From NCBI GenBank assembly GCA_963822585.1, contig CAWGIE010000026.1:352001-416000 (forward strand): 64,000 nt of DNA. Reading direction: 5' to 3'. The notes beneath the pieces were generated by a model. It was not told the DNA's origin, searched no databases, and saw only the letters and a program-made list of their open reading frames with translations. Made by a program: the position numbers and the translations under genes. The number at the start of each line of letters is the position of its first letter. The stretch's first letter is position 1. Shown in pieces: positions 59,334 through 64,000 of the stretch. The stretch comes from an uncultured bacterium (GTDB lineage Bacteria; Auribacterota; Erginobacteria; Erginobacterales; Erginobacteraceae).

Positions 59334-61325
59334 TTACTCGTATCTGAGGGCGGTGATCGGATCGAGACGAGCGGCCTGGCGGGCGGGCCAGAGTCCGAAA
59401 AGCAGGCCTACCAATATGGAGAATAGGGTGGCGAGAGCGATTGAAAAGGGGGTTATCTTTACCGACCAGCCGGCGAAGAATGAGAGCAGCCATGCGATCC
59501 CCCCTCCCAGCACTACCCCGGCCACGCCGCCGCTCAGCGTCATTACCACCGCCTCGATCAGGAACTGGGTCAGAATGTCTCTTTGCCGGGCACCGACCGC
59601 TTTCCGCAGTCCGATCTCCCGGGTGCGCTCGGTGACCGAGACCAGCATGATGTTCATAATCCCGATGCCACCCACCAGCAGAGAGATGGCGGCGATCGAT
59701 CCCAGCAGCATCCCCATGGTCCTGGTCGTGCTTTCGAGTGTTTCCTGGATCTCCGCCATGTTTCTGATCTGGAAAGAGCTTTTTTGTTCTTCATCAAGCC
59801 GATGGAGTTTCATGATCAGAGCGCTCAGAGCCTCCTCGGCCGGTGCCATCAGCGCCTGATCCTTGATCTCCACGTCAATCGAATCAACATAGTCCTTTCC
59901 CAGAAGACGGTACATGGCGGTGGTAACGGGGATCATCACCACGTCGTCGAGGTCTCTCCAGGCTTGGCTCCCCTTTTCGGGCATCACGCCGATCACCCGA
60001 AAATTGATTTTGTTGATTTTTATCACGGCCCCGATGGGATCGGCGTCGCCGAACAGCTCCCGGACAACGGTCGCGCCGATGACGGCGACCTTATCTCTCC
60101 GGCGCAGTTCCTCCTCGTTAAAATACCGGCCGATCCGCGGAACCGACGCCCTCATCTCGGGATAATCAACGCCGGTTCCTTCGATGCGGGTACTCCAGTT
60201 CTTGTTGCCGTAGACCAGCTGCCCTCTTCCGCTGACCGAGGGGGAGACACGGCGAACCGGGGTAAGTTTGGCCATGGCATCGGCATCCTTGAGGGTAAAC
60301 CGGGTCACGGCCCCCGCTTCCAGCGACACTCCCCGGACATTCCGGGACCCGGGCCGGACCATGAGCATGTTCGAACCCAGTCGGGCCAGGTCGCGTTGGA
60401 TGGCTGCCGTCGCACCCGTCCCCAGAGCCAGCATCGCTATCACCGCCCCCACCCCGATCAGGATACCGAGCATGGAGAGAATCGAACGAAGCTTATGCGC
60501 GAAGACGGCATGAAGGGACTGCCGGAAGTGATCCCGGAGCACGGCTTTCCCGCCTTGGGAAGGGAGTCCGGCATGCTCCGGCACAGAACCGAGCTCCTCC
60601 ACGGGCGCGATTGATTCGGGGGGACTGCTTCCCGTCCGCCGGTCGGAAATAATCTCCCCGTCCCGCATCTGGATCACTCGACGGGCCCGGGCGGCCAGAT
60701 CCGGCTCGTGGGTGACCATGACCACGGTCTTCCCCCGACGGTTCAGACGCTCCAGGATGGAGATGATCTCCTCCTCGCTCACGCTGTCCAGGTTGCCGGT
60801 CGGCTCGTCGGCGAATATGATGGCGGGATCATTGACCAGGGAGCGGGCGATCGCCACCCGCTGGCGCTCGCCCCCCGACAGTTCATTGGGACGATGATCG
60901 GCTCGATCGGATAGCCCGACTTCGCGGATCCTGTCCATCGCTTGCTGGCGGCAGGAACTCTGGCCGGCGTAGATCAGGGGAAGTTCAGCGTTCTGGAGAG
61001 CGGTATTGTCGGGAAGCAGGTGAAACTGCTGGAAGACAAAGCCCATCCGGCGATTGCGCAGATAGGCCAGCTCGTCGTCGGAAAGTCCCTCGACCGGGCG
61101 CCCCTCCAGGAAGTATGAGCCCGTATCGGGCCGATCGAGCAACCCGAGGATGTGAAGGAGGGTGGATTTTCCCGAGCCGGATGGTCCCATCACGGCCACG
61201 AAATCGCCCCGGGCGATGGAAAGGGAAACCCGGATCAGGGCGTGGACTCCGACTTTCCCCATCAGATAGGTCTTGCTAACATTTTCCAGCTTGATTATCG
61301 GTTCCGAAGAAGGCATTGGTTCCAC
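59334..61325 (-). CDS. MacB-family ABC transporter, fused ATPase and permease
   Basis: GPSGSGKST, LSGGERQRVAIAR, ADEPTGNLD, GGIGIMNIMLVSVTERTREIG. Confidence 0.95.
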   Translation of the reverse strand: MEPMPSSEPIIKLENVSKTYLMGKVGVHALIRVSLSIARGDFVAVMGPSGSGKSTLLHILGLLDRPDTGSYFLEGRPVEGLSDDELAYLRNRRMGFVFQQFHLLPDNTALQNAELPLIYAGQSSCRQQAMDRIREVGLSDRADHRPNELSGGERQRVAIARSLVNDPAIIFADEPTGNLDSVSEEEIISILERLNRRGKTVVMVTHEPDLAARARRVIQMRDGEIISDRRTGSSPPESIAPVEELGSVPEHAGLPSQGGKAVLRDHFRQSLHAVFAHKLRSILSMLGILIGVGAVIAMLALGTGATAAIQRDLARLGSNMLMVRPGSRNVRGVSLEAGAVTRFTLKDADAMAKLTPVRRVSPSVSGRGQLVYGNKNWSTRIEGTGVDYPEMRASVPRIGRYFNEEELRRRDKVAVIGATVVRELFGDADPIGAVIKINKINFRVIGVMPEKGSQAWRDLDDVVMIPVTTAMYRLLGKDYVDSIDVEIKDQALMAPAEEALSALIMKLHRLDEEQKSSFQIRNMAEIQETLESTTRTMGMLLGSIAAISLLVGGIGIMNIMLVSVTERTREIGLRKAVGARQRDILTQFLIEAVVMTLSGGVAGVVLGGGIAWLLSFFAGWSVKITPFSIALATLFSILVGLLFGLWPARQAARLDPITALRYE

Positions 61326-61437
61326 ACTGATTCAAAACGTTATCTCATCGGGGTAAAATCGATTACAACCACTTTGTTTTTTTAGATAAAAATATATTTT
61401 TTCGAGTTAGGTGTGGATCGGGGCGTACGCATCAGGG

Positions 61438-63153
61438 TCAGACCGAACATTCCCCGCCGGCGAGCAGGCCGTCAATCAAGCCCGATACTTCCGGGGGTGC
61501 GACGGTATGCAGGGTATCGGAATCGCGGCGCTTCACCTCTACCAATCCGGTTGCAAGAAACTTTCTGCCGACGGTGACACGAACGGGTATTCCGAGCAAA
61601 TCGCTGTCGTTGAACTTCACGCCCGCGCTGACCGGTCGGTCATCATAGAGAACCTCGCGCCCCTCATCTTCCAGCAGCCGGTAAAGGTTTTCGGCCGGCC
61701 GGGCAATCGTTTCATCGGAGGAGTTGATCGCCACCACCGATACCTGATACGGAGCAACCGCGGAAGGCCAGACAATACCTTTCCCGTCATGGTGCTGTTC
61801 GATAACGGCCGCTATCGTACGGCTGATGCCGATCCCGTAGCACCCCATGATAGGGGGACGCTCGCCGCCGGACTGGTCCTTCACCATGGCCCCCATCGAA
61901 CTGCTGTATTTCGTGCCCAGCATGAACACATGCCCCACTTCGATACCGCGCCGAAGAGACATCGCCCCCCCACACCCGGCGCAGAGATCTCCTTCCACCG
62001 CCACCGCCAGATCCCGGTATTCCCCGATCGGGCAGTCGCGGTCCACGTTGACATGTATGATATGAGTGTCTTTCCGATTGGCGCCGGTGATCCCGTCGTG
62101 CACAGCGGCAACACTGTAATCGGCGATCACGCGGACGCCTTTCAACCCCACCGGGCCGGCAAAACCAAGGGGGGCTCCCGTGACCTTGAGGATAGTCTCC
62201 TCGTCGGCAAGCTCCAGGTCGCTCTCGCCCAGAACCCTTCTCACCTTCCCTTCGTTTACCTCGCGGTCACCCCGGATCAGAACAGCGATCGGGGTCCCCG
62301 CCGCCCGGTAAATCAGCGTCTTAATAAATCGGTCCGGCGTGGTCTGGAAAAAAGCCGCCAGTTCCTCGACCGTCCGGATATCGGGGGTATCGACCTCCCG
62401 CACTTTTTCATCGGTACGGGCGGCCGGGACCGGGGCGGCGCGGGCGGCCAGCTCCACGTTGGCGGCATAACCGCAGCCCGGGCAGACGACGATCGCGTCT
62501 TCCCCCGTTTCGGCGGGAACCATGAACTCATGGGACCGGCTCCCTCCCATCATCCCGGTATCCGCCTCCACCGCCATCGCCGTCAGCCCGCAGCGCTCGA
62601 ATATCCTCTGGTAAGCGTCGTACATTTTTTGATAACTGAGGACAGCGGACTCCTCATCCACGTCGAAGCTGTATGCGTCCTTCATGATGAATTCCCGCGA
62701 GCGCATGACCCCGAAGCGCGGCCGGATTTCATCACGAAACTTGGTGTTGATCTGATAAAGATTGACCGGGAGCTGCTTATAGGAGCTGATCTCGTGGGCG
62801 ACCAGATCCGTGACCACCTCCTCGTGCGTCGGGCCCAGAACCAGCTCCCGGCCCTGGTGGGTTTTTGCCTTGAGCATGATCTCGTCCATCGACTCCCAGC
62901 GTCCGCTCTTCTCCCAGAGGTCCCGGGGCTGGAGGATCGGCATCAGGATCTCGATGGCCCCGGCATTATTCATCTCTTCGCGGACGATTGATTCGACCTT
63001 GCGCAATACCCGCAGTCCCAGGGGTAAAAAAGTGTAGAGACCGGAGGCGAGCTTCCGCATCAGGCCGGACCGGATCATCAGCCGGTGACTCGGGATCTCG
63101 GCTTCCTGGGGGTCATCACGCTGGGTTGCTATCAGAGTCTGCGTCCATCTCAT
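61438..63153 (-). CDS. proS: Proline--tRNA ligase with INS editing domain
   Basis: SH.LM.R.G, GPTHEE, KFRDEIRPRFG.MR.REF.MKDAYSF, GIEVGH.F.LGTKYS, MGCYGIG. Confidence 0.97.
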   Translation of the reverse strand: MRWTQTLIATQRDDPQEAEIPSHRLMIRSGLMRKLASGLYTFLPLGLRVLRKVESIVREEMNNAGAIEILMPILQPRDLWEKSGRWESMDEIMLKAKTHQGRELVLGPTHEEVVTDLVAHEISSYKQLPVNLYQINTKFRDEIRPRFGVMRSREFIMKDAYSFDVDEESAVLSYQKMYDAYQRIFERCGLTAMAVEADTGMMGGSRSHEFMVPAETGEDAIVVCPGCGYAANVELAARAAPVPAARTDEKVREVDTPDIRTVEELAAFFQTTPDRFIKTLIYRAAGTPIAVLIRGDREVNEGKVRRVLGESDLELADEETILKVTGAPLGFAGPVGLKGVRVIADYSVAAVHDGITGANRKDTHIIHVNVDRDCPIGEYRDLAVAVEGDLCAGCGGAMSLRRGIEVGHVFMLGTKYSSSMGAMVKDQSGGERPPIMGCYGIGISRTIAAVIEQHHDGKGIVWPSAVAPYQVSVVAINSSDETIARPAENLYRLLEDEGREVLYDDRPVSAGVKFNDSDLLGIPVRVTVGRKFLATGLVEVKRRDSDTLHTVAPPEVSGLIDGLLAGGECSV

Positions 63154-63183
63154 CTCGTATGTCCCCTGGCGGTTTTAAAAATA

Positions 63184-63210
63184 TAAATTAGCGGCTTTGC
63201 CGCTAATTTA
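63184..63210. repeat. Perfect TAAATTAG-type palindrome (12-bp arms)
   Basis: TAAATTAGCGGC-TTT-GCCGCTAATTTA. Confidence 0.8.
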
Positions 63211-63347
63211 GTGAATTTTCATTTTTCAACTTAAAACAGATTAATGATAGTCCAAAAATTAGTTCATGTCCAACTGCTCAATCCATAACGGTAAGCCCTT
63301 AGCATTATATAGAAAAAACAAACTATGTTTTTTTGGTTGCTTTTTCG

Positions 63348-63403
63348 TCTGCTTCGGAATTTCAATAATCGGATAAATCCGATTATTGAAATTCCGAAGC
63401 AGA
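63348..63403. repeat. Perfect 56-bp palindrome built from two TTGAAATTCCGAAGCAG motifs
   Basis: TCTGCTTCGGAATTTCAATAATCGGAT-AA-ATCCGATTATTGAAATTCCGAAGCAGA. Confidence 0.9.
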
Positions 63404-63547
63404 TAATGTAGCATGGCGGGAGATGGGGGTGAAAGGAAAAAGCGGCAGGGAACGGCAGCCGGTAATCAGTAATCAGTGATCAGTTAACGGTCCCCGAGCG
63501 GCGACTTGAGTCTGTTATTATAATCCGCGCCGGATCAGGGAACTGAT

Positions 63548-64000
63548 TTACGGTGTTTTCTGATTGCTTTTTTCGGCCGATCTTCTCTTCCTTAGCTCCT
63601 GGTAACGGGCATAAGAGAGGTCAGCGTTCTTCTGATCGGAAAATTGATCCCGGTAGAGCCGATAAAGACGATACACGGGGGTCGGATCTTCGGGGGTTAA
63701 CACGCTCCAGGCCCGGTACTGGGCCAACGCTTCGGGATATTGCCGCAGGCTGTCATAGAGCGTACCCAGCTGGCGATGATAATAGGGAGCGCGGACCGGA
63801 TCTTCCGAGAGCAGCCGGAGACAGGCCGAGATCAGTCGGCGGGTATACTTCTCGATCAATTCCCGGCGCTGCGCCTTCTCGGCCAGTCTATTCAATCGTT
63901 CCAGAACCCGGAGATCCGATTCTTTCCCTTGCTTATCCTCCCACAGGGCAATCGCTTTCAGATAGGCATCCGTCGCTTCCGCCGTCCGGCCGAGTTCGGA
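63548..64000 (-). CDS. TPR protein, C-terminal part (5' end outside the window)
   Basis: Frame open to 64000 (SELGRTAEATDAYLKAIAL...); YHRQLGTLY..L.QY.EA TPR. Confidence 0.75.
   Translation of the reverse strand, partial: SELGRTAEATDAYLKAIALWEDKQGKESDLRVLERLNRLAEKAQRRELIEKYTRRLISACLRLLSEDPVRAPYYHRQLGTLYDSLRQYPEALAQYRAWSVLTPEDPTPVYRLYRLYRDQFSDQKNADLSYARYQELRKRRSAEKSNQKTP

Noticed and set aside
61411..62991. 526-aa plus-strand ORF
   Set aside because: Shadow of proS

Overview
High-GC region of a diderm bacterium (LptE, BamD, MurJ present; PVC-like or candidate-phylum affinity is a guess). The right half (about 40-64 kb) is mostly core genes on the minus strand: proS, a MacB-type ABC gene, nusA-infB-rbfA-DHH-truB-rpsO-pnp, ftsK-rodZ-rimO-pgsA-pgpA, bamD-lptE-holA and murJ, plus rpsT (+). 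The left half mixes housekeeping genes (smpB, glnS, mazG, acyP, ogt, pta) with secreted/surface proteins and one intact IS1634 (18-bp TIRs, TTAG duplication). Four observations stand out. (1) Two tandem secreted paralogues (8256-12254) each carry one TolC/OEP-like repeat whose beta-hairpin is expanded to about 108-110 residues with a central turn, suggesting a very long beta-tube channel; they lie upstream of a TPR gene and comEA. (2) An operon encodes an acetate kinase with PPi-type loop motifs plus a degenerate acetate kinase and a degenerate FolE2. (3) A lipoprotein beta-CASP nuclease carries Ada-type Zn fingers and TPRs. (4) A pervasive modular intergenic element family (TTAG-hairpin ... 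TTGAAATTCCGAAACAG) often abuts start codons. I found no rRNA, tRNA or CRISPR array. All functional calls come from motif reading by eye; no searches were run.
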